A stretch of 64,000 nucleotides of DNA from Heptranchias perlo. Lineage: Eukaryota. Below, in pieces: positions 36,801-47,100 of the stretch (position 1 is the stretch's first letter; the number at the start of each line of letters is the position of its first letter). The notes under the pieces are model-generated. The model ran no database searches and was not told the origin of the DNA. It saw only the letters and a list, made by a program, of their open reading frames with translations. The stretch spans positions 194,618,001 through 194,682,000 of the forward strand of contig NC_090325.1 in assembly GCF_035084215.1 (NCBI RefSeq), in the 5' to 3' direction. A program made the position numbers and the translations under genes.

Positions 36801-39638
36801 CCTCAAAACTCAAGCACAGGTGACGCAAAGTAGCGTCTGATGTTTCTGATGTTTAGTAAAGGAGAGCAGCTCACCGAGATACGTTGAGGGCCAGCTGGCC
36901 GAGATAACCGGGAAACAGTTTCAGAACAAAACGGACAGATAGAGGTGGGAGATGGGCTTCACCGAAACCGACCAGGAACAATGAGACTTGTGAGGCAGCA
37001 GCAATCGAGGAACCATTTAAATTCTATGGCCCAGAATTTGTCGTCAAAATAACAGGGGAGACTAATGGCGCTCAGCCGTTATTTCTGGGTAAACGGTACC
37101 GTGACTTCAGGCGAGGGGCAGATGCGCGATTAAACGCGGAAATCCAAAAGTCGCTGTCTGAGATGTGCCGCGAGCTTCGCGAAAACGGCATCTCGCCGTC
37201 TGCCTCACCAGTGAAAAGCGTTGAACGGTGTGAAGCTGCTGTATTTGTGCGTTAGTTACGAACTAAACTCGCCACAGAAAGTTACGTCTTGTCGATTTCA
37301 AGACTAAGTACCCTTTTATCAATGTGGTAAGTGTTAATTACTGCCAGTCAACCTCCCTGGCACTGAAAATTAACTATTACAAAAGAGTGGAGTCTCATTC
37401 CTTCAGGTTTTAATTGTTGCAGATTTCTAAAAAAAAATTTAAATACAATTTTTTTAAAAAACTTTTCCGTTCTGTCTTTTTTCTCTCCCTTAATCCAGTC
37501 TTTCTTTCCCTCTCTTTATTTCTCTTTCTGTACCTGATTTGACATTGAATTCACCCACTCTAATTTACACTTCCTTCTCAGTCCTTGTGCTGTTTATTTC
37601 CCAATCCTTCAGTCTGATTGATTAAGGAGATACCCGGTTACTTGCCCTGTTCACTCAGGTCCCGAATGCCCTGTTTCCCTCACTGTGACGTTACCAGCTC
37701 GCACTTTCAGCAACTTACCATGCAAACAATCATGGACAATCCCAGCTTCTCCAGTCTCTCCACATAACTGAAGTCCCTCATCCCTGGTACCATTCTAGTA
37801 AATCTCCTCTGCACCCTCTCCGAGGCCTTGACATCCTTCCTAAAGCGCGGTGCCCAGAATTGTGTCTGGAGAAGCTGGGATTGTTCTCCTCAGAGCAGAG
37901 AAGGTTAAGGGGAGATTTAACAGAGATGTTCAAAATTTAAGGGTTTTGATAAGAGTAAACAGAATCATAGAATGGTCACAGCACAGAAGGAGGCCATTCG
38001 GCCCGTCAAGCCCGTGCCGACTCTCTGCAAGAGCAAGCCAGCTAGTCTCGCTCCCCCGCCCTATCCCCGTAACCCTGCACATTTTTTCCCTTCAAGTACT
38101 TATCCAGTTCCCTTTTGAAGGCCATGATTGAATCTGCCTCCACCACCCCCTCGGGCAGTGCATTCCAGATCATAACCACTCGCTGTGTAAAAAAGTTTTT
38201 CCTCATGTCACCGTTGGTTCTTTTGCCAATCACCTTAAATCTATGACCTCTGGTTCTTGACCCTTCCGCCAATGGGAACAGTTTCTCTCTATCTACTCTG
38301 TCTAGACCCTTCATGATTTTGAATATCTCTATCAAATCTCCTCTCGACCTTCTCTGTTCCAAGGAGAACAACCCCAGCTTCTCCAGTCTATCCACGTAAC
38401 TAAAGTCCCTCATCCCTGGAATCATTCTAGTAAATCTCTTCTGCACCCTCTCTAAGGCCTTCACATCTTTCCTAAAGTGCAGTGCCCAGAACTGGACACA
38501 ATACTCCAGTTGTGGCCAAACCAGCGTTTTATAAAGGTTCAACATGACTTCCTTGCTTTTGTTCTCTATGCCTCTATTTATAAAGTCCAGGATCCCATAT
38601 GCTTTTTTAACCTGCCCTGCCACGTTCAAAGATTTGTGTACATATACCCCCAGGTCTCTCTGTTCCTGTACCCCTTTTAGAGTTGTGCCCTATAGTTTAT
38701 ATTGCCTCTCCTCGTTCTTCCTACCGAAATGTATCACTTTACACTTTTCTACATTAAATTTCATCTGCCACGTGTCCGCCCATTCCACCAGCCTGTCTAT
38801 ATCCTCTTGAAGTCTATCACTATCCTCCTTCCTGTTCACTACCCTTCCAAGTTTTGAAATTGTGCCCTGTACACCCAAGTCCAAGTCATTAATATATATC
38901 AAGAAAAGCAGTGGTCCCAGCATTGACCCCCGGGAAACACCACTGTACACCTCCCCCCAGTCCGAAAAACAACCGTTCACCACTACTCTCTGTTTCCTGT
39001 TACTTAGCCAATTTTATATCCATGCTGCCACTGCCCCCTTTATTCCATGGGCTTCAATTTTGATGACAAGCCTATTATGTGGCACTTTATCAAACGCTTT
39101 TTGAATGTCTATATGCACCACATCAACTACACTGCCCTCATCGACGTTCTCTGTTACTTCATCAAAAAACTCAGTCAAGTTAGTTAAACATGATTTGTCT
39201 TTAACAAATAAAGAGAAACTATTTCCACTGGCAGAGGACACAGATTTAAGATAATTACCAGAGGGGGAGATGAGGAGAATTTTTTTTTAACGCAGTGAGT
39301 TGTTCTGATCTGGAATGCGCTGCCTGAAAGGGCGGTGGAAGCAGATTCAATAATAACTTTGAATTGGGCAGCTCGTTCAAAGAGCCGGCAGAGGCACGAA
39401 TGGCCTCCTTCTGTGCTGCACCATTCTGTGTTTCTAAAGAGCAATCTGATACATCTGAGAATGTTTCCGAATGATACAAAGTGATGCAAATCTGATACAT
39501 TGCAAATCTGATACATTGCAAATCTGATACATCAGTGACTGTATCAGGAGGGAGGGAGGGGAGCGCCTCCTCCTCCAACGGGGGGGGGGGGGGGGACATG
39601 CAGACAAGCAGCCGCCGCACTCACAATAAAAAGCTCAT
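15963..39638 (-). CDS. MOB1B: MOB kinase activator 1B, complete spliced CDS, 6 exons, 651 nt / 216 aa
   Basis: Exons 39625-39638, 30679-30845, 28550-28643, 20320-20453, 19357-19520, 15963-16040; GT-AG introns with consistent phases. [17 protein letters not shown]...KLTTKDR*, with T12 and T35 phosphosites retained. FGSRS, RMAVM and TDFCTEE are MOB1B-type; flanked by DCK and GRSF1. Confidence 0.96.
16607..16632. repeat. (TC)n microsatellite in MOB1B intron 5
   Basis: Direct reading. Confidence 0.9.
18377..19142. mobile_element. Non-autonomous DNA transposon (MITE-like) with ~15-bp imperfect TIRs
   Basis: Starts GGGCCAGAATTTGC and ends GCAAAATTATGGCCC; a second, 3'-truncated copy at ~37028-37728. 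Confidence 0.7.
19357..19520 (-). CDS. MOB1B: MOB1B exon 5
   Basis: [30 protein letters not shown]...KHFIFFVQ; 164 nt. Confidence 0.96.
20320..20453 (-). CDS. MOB1B: MOB1B exon 4
   Basis: [44 protein letters not shown]; 134 nt. Confidence 0.96.
24030..24533 (-). mobile_element. CR1 LINE 3' fragment
   Basis: ORF 24144..24596; (TTCTTATG)n tail. Confidence 0.9.
25090..26016 (-). mobile_element. CR1 LINE 3' fragment
   Basis: ORF 25251..25763 [13 protein letters not shown]; ADDTK at the 5' end. Confidence 0.9.
28550..28643 (-). CDS. MOB1B: MOB1B exon 3
   Basis: [31 protein letters not shown]; aag| acceptor, |gtgcgt donor; 94 nt. Confidence 0.94.
30679..30845 (-). CDS. MOB1B: MOB1B exon 2
   Basis: [55 protein letters not shown]; 167 nt. 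Confidence 0.96.
37736..39430. mobile_element. Compound CR1: plus-strand copy with inverted 5' part, split by a nested minus-strand CR1
   Basis: Inverted part 37736-37863; sense part 37866-37959 resuming at ~39206-39430; nested minus CR1 at ~37960-39205 (ORFs 38042..38629, 38690..38983, 39014..39241). Confidence 0.82.
39625..39638 (-). CDS. MOB1B: MOB1B exon 1 coding part (MSFLF)
   Basis: gccATGAGCTTTTTATT|gtgagt, 14 nt, at the edge of a GC/CpG-rich region. Confidence 0.92.
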
Positions 39639-39639
39639 G

Positions 39640-39960
39640 GCCTCATCCGGGGGGACTTAGGACCCGGCGACAACCCGTGGAACGCGGCCCCGGGATGACG
39701 ACACAATGGGGGGGGATTCTACCAGCCTGGAGCTCGTGCCGCTCCCGGTGCTCCCGGTCCCGGTCCTGGTGCCGCTCCTCTTCCTGCTCCTGCTCCTGGT
39801 GCTGCTGCTGCTGCTCCTCCTCCCGGTCCCGGTGCCGCTCCTCCTCCTCCCGGTTCTGGTGCCGTTCCTGCTCTTCCTGATGTGCGGATCCGCTCCACTC
39901 GCGAGATTGCCGCCGACCTTCCGCTCACCTCCAGTCAGGCAGCTCCTGCTGCAAAAAAAA
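39640..39960 (-). promoter_or_regulatory. MOB1B CpG-rich 5'UTR and promoter
   Basis: GC/CpG-rich with CAG, GAG and CCGGGA low-complexity runs; a 9/10 match to the TCTCGCGAGA (BANP-type) promoter motif at 39897-39906. Confidence 0.7.
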
Positions 39961-41000
39961 ACCCCTTCACCCGCACCACGCACTCAATTCAATGTTAATA
40001 ACACAAAATGTACAGCGGGTCCCGGCACCTGGATCTGTACAGGAAGAAAACAGAGAGGGTCAATTACTGATCGAAATCTACCGCAAATCAAAATACAATG
40101 TGATGTAAGTTTCATTACATTCTGAATACAACTTTATTCAATCAGTTGATAAAACCATTTCTCAGTTTTGGGTGGACGCCCTTGTTCAGAACACGTTGTG
40201 TAATTTTATTATTCCCACTTTTACAGATGTAAACTGTTGGACTATAACCTGATGTAAGATTCCTTACATTGGTCCACCCCAGTCCATCACCGGCATCTCC
40301 ACATCACCACTTTTACAGAGGTTGACTGACCTGCTGTGCAATTCCAGCATTTTGTGCGGTTATTTTCAGCTTTTTACATTTTTTTCTTTTATTATCCTGA
40401 ATGAATGAAACCAGGGAACATGTAGTTCTTGCTATCGGACTAACATGATAATGTTTAATAAACAAAAGAGTTTGCATTTATAAAGCTTTTAAATCACGTC
40501 CTCGGGACATTCCAAAGCGGTTCATAACCCTTGGATTACTTTTGAGATACAATCACCGATGCCATGCAAGAAAACACAGCAGCAATTTGCACAAACATTA
40601 AATGAGATGTGTTAAGTTTTTTTTGGTGGTGTTGGTTGAGTGCACTCTCGGAGAACTCGCTGCCCTTTCAACAATACCATGGGATCGATTAGGTGCACCT
40701 ATAAAGACGGACTTCCAGTTTCTCATTACTCTGACGATGCAGCACTCATTCCCATTACTGTGTCAGCCTAGATTGTGTGCTCGATTCCTGAAGAGGGGCT
40801 TGCATAAAGCAAGCAGGCAACTTTGCGACTCACAATTGCTTCGTAATATCAGAAGGTCTAAATTAACTTGTAAAATACTGACTGTAACGTTTATTCATTG
40901 AAACGTGGAATTTCCACAGTCCTGCAGGAGGACGTGAATGTTGAAACGTGTATTATCTCCATGCGCTGTGAGGTGGTGCTGTGCAGGTATGTCAGTGTGT

Positions 41001-42402
41001 ACACTGCCAGCACCAGTTGGTGTCCGTCTCAGTGCGTCCCCGGGAACAGCCCGTAGAGCACAGAGTCCTGTGTTACGGAACTGCTCGGGACGAACCTGGA
41101 CAGATACCACTGCATCTCTCTCCAGACCTTCTTTGCAAAGGCACATTCCAGAAGGAGATGGGTGACGGTCTCGTCTCCACCGCAGCCTCCTCGGGGACAG
41201 TGCGCGGTGGCGCTGAGACGCGGGGAGTGCATGAAGGATCTGACGGGAAGGGCCCTTCTCACCACCAGCCGAGCTATGTCTTGGTGCTTGTTTGAAAGCT
41301 CTGGCGATGAGGCGTTCTGCCAAATGACATTGAAAGTCTGCTCAGAGAACCAACCGCCAGGATCCACCATCTCCTTTTCCCGCAGGGTCTCGAGGACGTT
41401 ACGTGCGAACCACTTACTGATCGCCTTGTGGTCAAAGGTGTTTTTCTGCACAAACTTTTCCCCGAAGGAAAGATGGGGCGGAACAGTCCAACTGGATGGA
41501 GCGTTCCGTGGCAGCATGGCCGGGCCCATCCTTCACAACACTAGGGACAGGTAGAACCTCAGCACGTAGTGACACTTTGTGTTTGCACACCGAGGGCCCA
41601 TGCACAGCTTGATGCAGCCGCACACAAAGGTGGCCATCAGGATGAGGGCCACGTTGGGCATGCCTGGCCCCCTCTCTCTGGAGATTTGTACATCGTGTCC
41701 CTGCGGACACCATCCATTTTTGATCTCCAAACAAAGTGGAAGATGGCTCGGGTGACTGTCGCGGCGCAGGAGCGAGGTATGGGCCAGACCTGCGCCACGT
41801 ACAGCAACACCGAGAGCACCTCGCACCTGATGACAACTCGGTGAAAGATGCCCTTTGGTCTGCCCGAAACTTGCTGGTCTTCCTGTAAAAGGAGCTGTCC
41901 TCGACCGAGTGTTGCAGACTGGAACTTTCTAAGGTCCAGGACTACGTGCTCAGGGACGCAATGAGACTGGATGCGGCCGCCGCAAAGGCTCTGTGGGGAA
42001 AGGCAACCATTTAGAGCCTTCCCGCCATTGTATACCGAGGGGATGCAATCAGGGAAAACCCCCCCGGGCAGAATGTAAAATTCAAACTGATATAATGAAA
42101 TGTAATGCACCTGTAATGACTCTGTAATGAATCATCTGTATTGATTGTGATGCAATGAGGCACCCTAGAGTGTCGTGAACTGTAATTATGTACAATGTGT
42201 TCATTGAACTGTATTTGATGTAACCTGCAAATTGTATAATCTGTATTGTGTATGTTTGGACCTGACGAAGGAGATAATCTCCGAAAGCTTGTGATTTTCA
42301 AATAAAACTGTTGGACTATAACCTGGTGTTGTAAGATTCCTTAGAACTGTATTGTATGTATTGCTGCAAATTTTATGAATAAAGTATATTTTTTGAAAAA
42401 AA
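41001..42402 (+). mobile_element. Tx1/L1-clade non-LTR retrotransposon, 5'-truncated and 5'-inverted
   Basis: 41005-41834 (minus) encodes ORF2 C-terminal region with a zf-RVT-like motif CPRGGC..ETVTHLLLEC. From 41835 (plus) it continues NSVKDALWSARNLLVF...WGKATI*, then a 3'UTR, AATAAA and A-tail. TSD GTATGTCAGTGTGT at 40987-41000 and 42403-42416. Confidence 0.9.
42257..42343 (+). mobile_element. Penelope-like terminal-repeat fragment with hammerhead-like core, nested in the Tx1 3'UTR
   Basis: CTGACGA-aGGAGataatCTCC-GAAA-GCTT; the downstream ctgttggactataacctg..gtaagattcctta also occurs at ~40230-40267. Confidence 0.6.
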
Positions 42403-42423
42403 GTATGTCAGTGTGTGCATTGT

Positions 42424-43812
42424 CTCCAGTGCTGCAGGTGGCGCTGTGTGTGGAGGTCTGGGCATGGCCTCCAGTGCTGCAGATGGCGCTGTGGGCGGAG
42501 TTCTGGGCACGGCCTCCAGTGCTGTAGGTGGCGCTGTGTGTGGAGGTCTGGGCACGGCCTCCAGTGCTGCAGGTGGCGCTGTGTGTGGAGGTCTGGGCAC
42601 GGCCTCCAGTGCTGCAGGTGGCGCTGTGGGCTGAGGTCTGGGCATGGCCTCCTGTGCTGCAGGTGGCGCTGTGTGTGGAGGTCTGGGCATGGCCTCCAGT
42701 GCTGCAGGTGGCGCTGTGTGTGGAGGTCTTGGCACGGCCTCCAGTGCTGCAGGTGGCGCTGTGTGTGGAGGTCTGGGCACGGCCTCCAGTGCTGCAGGTG
42801 GCGCTGTGTGTGGAGGTCTGGGCACGGCCTCCTGTGCTGCAGGTGGCGCTGTAGGCGGAGGTCTGGGCACGGCCTCCTGTGCTGCAGGTGGCGCTGTGAG
42901 TGGAGGTCTGGGCACGGCCTCCAGTGCTGCAGGTGGCGCTGTGTGTGGAGGTCTGGGCACGGCCTCCAGTGCTGCAGGTGGCGCTGTGTGTGGAGGTCTG
43001 GGCATGGCCTCCAGTGCTGCAGGTGGCGCTGTGTGTGGAGGTCTGGGCACGGCCTCCAGTGCTGCAGGTGGCGCTGTGTGTGGAGGTCTGGGCATGGCCT
43101 CCAGTGCTGCAGGTGGCGCTGTGTGTGTGGAGGTCTGGGCACGGCCTCCTGTGCTGCAGGTGGCGCTTTATTTGGAGGTCTGGGCACGGCCTCCAGTGCT
43201 GCAGGTGGCGCTGTGGGCGGAGTTCTGGGCACGGCCTCCAGTGCTGTAGGTGGCGCTGTGTGTGGAGGTCTGGGCACGTCCTCCAGTGCTGCAGGTGGCG
43301 CTGTGGGCGGAGGGTGGTGAGGCCTCTAGTGCTGCAGGTGGCGCTGTGGGCGGAGGTCTGGGCACGGCCTCCTGTGCTGCAGGTGGCGCTTTATTTGGAG
43401 GTCTGTGCACGGCCTCCTGTGCTGCAGGTGGCGCTGTGTGTGGAGGTCTGAGCACGGCCTCCAGTGCTGCAGGTGGCGCTGTGTGTGGAGGTCTGGGCAC
43501 GGCCTCCAGTGCTGCAGGTGGCGCTGTGGGCGGAGTTCTGGGCATGGCCTCCAGTGCTGTAGGTGGCGCTGTGTGTGGAGGTCTGGCCACGTCCTCCAGT
43601 GCTGCAGGTGGCGCTGTGGGCGGAGGGTGGTGAGGCCTCCTGTGCTGCAGGTGGCGCTGTGGGCGGAGGTCTGGGCACGGCCTCCAGTGCTGCAGGTGGC
43701 GCTGTGGGCGGAGGTCTGTGCACGGCCTCCTGTGCTGCAGGTGGCGCTGTGTGTGGAGGTCTGGGTACGGCCTCCTGTGCTGCAGGTGGCGCTGTGGGCG
43801 GAGGGTGGTGAG
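42424..43812 (+). repeat. 45-bp GC-rich minisatellite, 31 units, in the GRSF1 promoter region
   Basis: Unit GGCACGGCCTCCAGTGCTGCAGGTGGCGCTGTGTGTGGAGGTCTG; 31 cores counted by hand. Confidence 0.97.
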
Positions 43813-43918
43813 TCCCCGGCTCGCCGGCTGCTGTGTGACCGTGTCGATGGGCTGTGTGTGAGGGGAGCTCGCTGCTGGCGGCGGTGAGCGATTCGGTCCG
43901 AGGTCTGATCCGGTCTCC

Positions 43919-44107
43919 ATGGCCGTCAGCTGCAGGGTCGGGGTCTTTCTCAATCTCCGTGCCCTGTCCCGGGCCTACAGTTACTCGGCGGCCGGTAGCT
44001 TCAGGCCCTGCTTCCCCTTAGTGTCAGTGAAGGAGCCGCAGGCCCGGAGCTGGGCCTCGGCGTTGAGTAAAGTGAGGACGGTGCTTCATCCCCGTTATTC
44101 GCATCAG
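43919..44107 (+). CDS. GRSF1: GRSF1 exon 1 (putative mitochondrial targeting presequence)
   Basis: [23 protein letters not shown]...PRYSHQ|gtgag; phase 0 matches exon 2; basic and nearly free of acidic residues. Confidence 0.82.
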
Positions 44108-47100
44108 GTGAGAAGCTGCAAGCGCAAAAACTGAGTCTAAATCCAGACATTCAGACCGTGCATTGATCGCACGACCGAATAATGCAAATATATAAATACA
44201 GGAATATAAATACACATAAATACAAATAGTACATGTGTAGATACATATAAATACACATAATGTGTATCCTAAAATATATTCAGTTACTAATTATATATAT
44301 AAATATACTGGCATTTCATATATAATTATATATAGTTATATGAGCCCTATATAATATATATACTGTATACATTTAATATAATATAGGCTGGGTATATAAC
44401 TACAACCACTTGCCTTTATCCAGCACCTTTAACATTGTAAAATGTCCCAAGGCGCTTCACAGGAGCGATTATCAAACTAAATTTAATACCGAACCACATC
44501 AGGAGATATTCGGACAGGTAAAAGGAATGTCTTAAAGGAGGAGAGAGAGGTGGAGAGGTTTAGGGAGGGAATTCCAGAGCTTAGGGCCTAGGCAGCTGAA
44601 GGCACGGCCGCCAGTGGTGGAGCGATGGAAATCGGGGATGTGCAAGAGGCCAGAATTGGAGGAGCTCAGAGATCTCGGAGGGCCGTAGGGCTGGAGGAGG
44701 TTACAGAGATAGGGAGGGGCGAGGACATGGAGGGATTTGAAAATAAGGATGAGAATTTTAAATTGAGGCGTTCATCTATACATCGGTCAGCGAGCACAGG
44801 GTTGATAATTTAGTATATTGATGCTTATTGTCATAGAAACACTGGGGAATGATAATGGATCCTGCTCGCCGTTGACTTCTGTGGAGCGGCCTCTCAGGGC
44901 CCTTCGCCCATCTGACGAATTGTGGACATCATACCATCTCCAGAAGCATCTCCTCCCAGCCCACTTGATTGTATCGTGTGAACTCCAGGGCTCCCTCCAT
45001 CCTTAGTCTTCTCTTCACCATTTGTACTCGTTCCCCTCGCCAATATCGTCTGCAGTCAACGTCCGTGTGTAACACGCAGTTCTGTCTTTCTGTCCTCCTT
45101 TGGTACCGTTGGCAATCTTTCCGATTACTTGCCTCCCACATTAAGACCCTGCGGGGATGATTCACGATTCCCTCCAGCTTAATGTTGGTCGAACCGAAAG
45201 CCACAAGCTCCAACGTAACTTCAACCCTCTTCATCAACTTCCCACCCTGTCACCTCAGCTTGAGCCCAGAGGTGTGGAATCTTGTTATAGTACATGATCC
45301 CTGAGCTCAGCTTCTACCCTGTTATCCACTCCCATTACCGAGATTGCCTTCGTCTACCTCCGAAACAGAGCCCCCGATTTCTCTCTCTCTCTGCTGTTAA
45401 AATCCTAATCCATGCCTTTAATACCTCAAAGCTAATTTTTTTTCCTCGTGCCTCCCCGCTTTCACCTTCCACCAACTACAACTCATTCAGAATGCCGCAT
45501 TCAGTGTCTTCATCTGTACAAAGGTCCACGCCCCTCTGTCCACTGATGCCCGGCCCAGTGCTCCATGGAATCGACTTTAAGGTCCTTGTCTTTGCCTTCA
45601 CATCCTTTCCTGATCTCACTCCACCCAACTTAGGGATCGTTCTCCACCCATGCACATCTGTGCGCAGGCTCAATTCCTCCGATAGCAGCTCACCAATCGC
45701 CCCCAGCTGCAGCAACAACAGTTGCCCCTTCCAAACTATGCCCATTAAAAAAAAGCATCCAATTATTTGCCTAACATGGAATAGACAGAATGCAAGAGGG
45801 AGAACTGTGAGTGGTGATCCACCTCCAACTCAACGTTGATGAAGAGAATTCATGCACAGTTTGATTGTTTGTGAGTTTTTGGGCCGGCCTAGTTGGAGAA
45901 CAGGCCTGTCCATCGCAGCATTGCTCAGTAAGCTTGGCACTGTCTTTGACTCACATATCAGCCTCGAGCCCAACATTCTAGCCGTTACCCTGACTGCATA
46001 TTTCTACCTCCATTATATTGCCCACTTCTGCCCCTACCTTACCCCACTGCTGCCCAAACACTTATTCATGCCTTCACCGCCTCCAGACTAAATTTCGCCA
46101 AAAGCCCTTCTGATCAGCCTTCTGCTGTCTGTAATCTCCAAATCGTCCAAATGTCTGCTCCCAGCATCCTGTTCTGCATTAAAGTCTTGTTTGAGCATTG
46201 TCATGGACCTCGCTGACCGACATTGACTCCCAGTTCCCAACAGATCAATTTAAAATCCTCCCCCCTCATCTGCAAGTCCCTCTGTAGCTTTATCCCCTCC
46301 CCCCCCCACACCCACCCGCCCGCCCACCCAACCTCCTTCACCCTAACGTGCCCGCCAGTCCTCTCACTCCCTTCTCACCATCCTCCCCTTGGTGTTTTTT
46401 CCAAAGAGTACAATTCATTCCTTACTAAGCTATCCATTGTAAGCTCAGTTCTGTTTCACTTGCTTTAATTTGATAGGAGGTGTTAAACAAAATGACTGAG
46501 ATGTGAGGTACTTGAGAAATGAGTGAAATATTACTGCGCCCTTCAGAGTGTTACCAGGACCGAAACTGAACCCTGTTCGTCAAAAGGGACTAAGCTTCTG
46601 GGACAGCGTGCCGTTTTGTAATACACTTGGTTGGTTGGCTAACAGCCTGGCACGCCTTAGGCAGCGTTGCTATTTATTCCTCGTTTGATGCGCTAGAATT
46701 TGTTGTGTCGACAGTGACCGCTCACGGTGTTTTATTGTGCTCATTGTTCCTTGTTTTTTTTTAAAATCTCACGCAGGAGACGTCCCACCCTTTCCGAGAC
46801 GAAGAATATCCCCCACTTCCTGACTATGACCCAACTCCATTAGAAATGGAGGGCAACACGGTGTTCGTTGTGAGGGCACGTGGCTTGCCTTGGTCCTGTT
46901 CTGCGGAAGACGTGCTGGGCTTTTTCTCGGGTATGGTATTTTCTAAAGTCTAGACGTGCTTTGGATTACTTCTTTCTCCCTCGAGACTGGTTTATGGAGG
47001 GAGGTGTTACAAAGCTGAGCTGAGAAGTGTGCGATGACCCTCTGTGCTCGCTGACCTACGTTGGCTCCTGGTCCACCAACGCCTCAGTTTCAAAATTCTG

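Noticed and set aside
39657-40125. Leu/Pro/Val-rich membrane-like ORF (+) and Arg/Ser/Gly-rich ORFs (-)
   Set aside because: Low-complexity triplet and hexamer repeats of the MOB1B 5'UTR/promoter; no recognisable domain.
42373-43953. Many long overlapping ORFs (Cys/Trp/Arg-rich, Pro/Ala-rich, Gly/Ala-rich) on both strands
   Set aside because: Artefact of a stop-free 45-bp unit (a multiple of 3); no splice or codon evidence for a protein.
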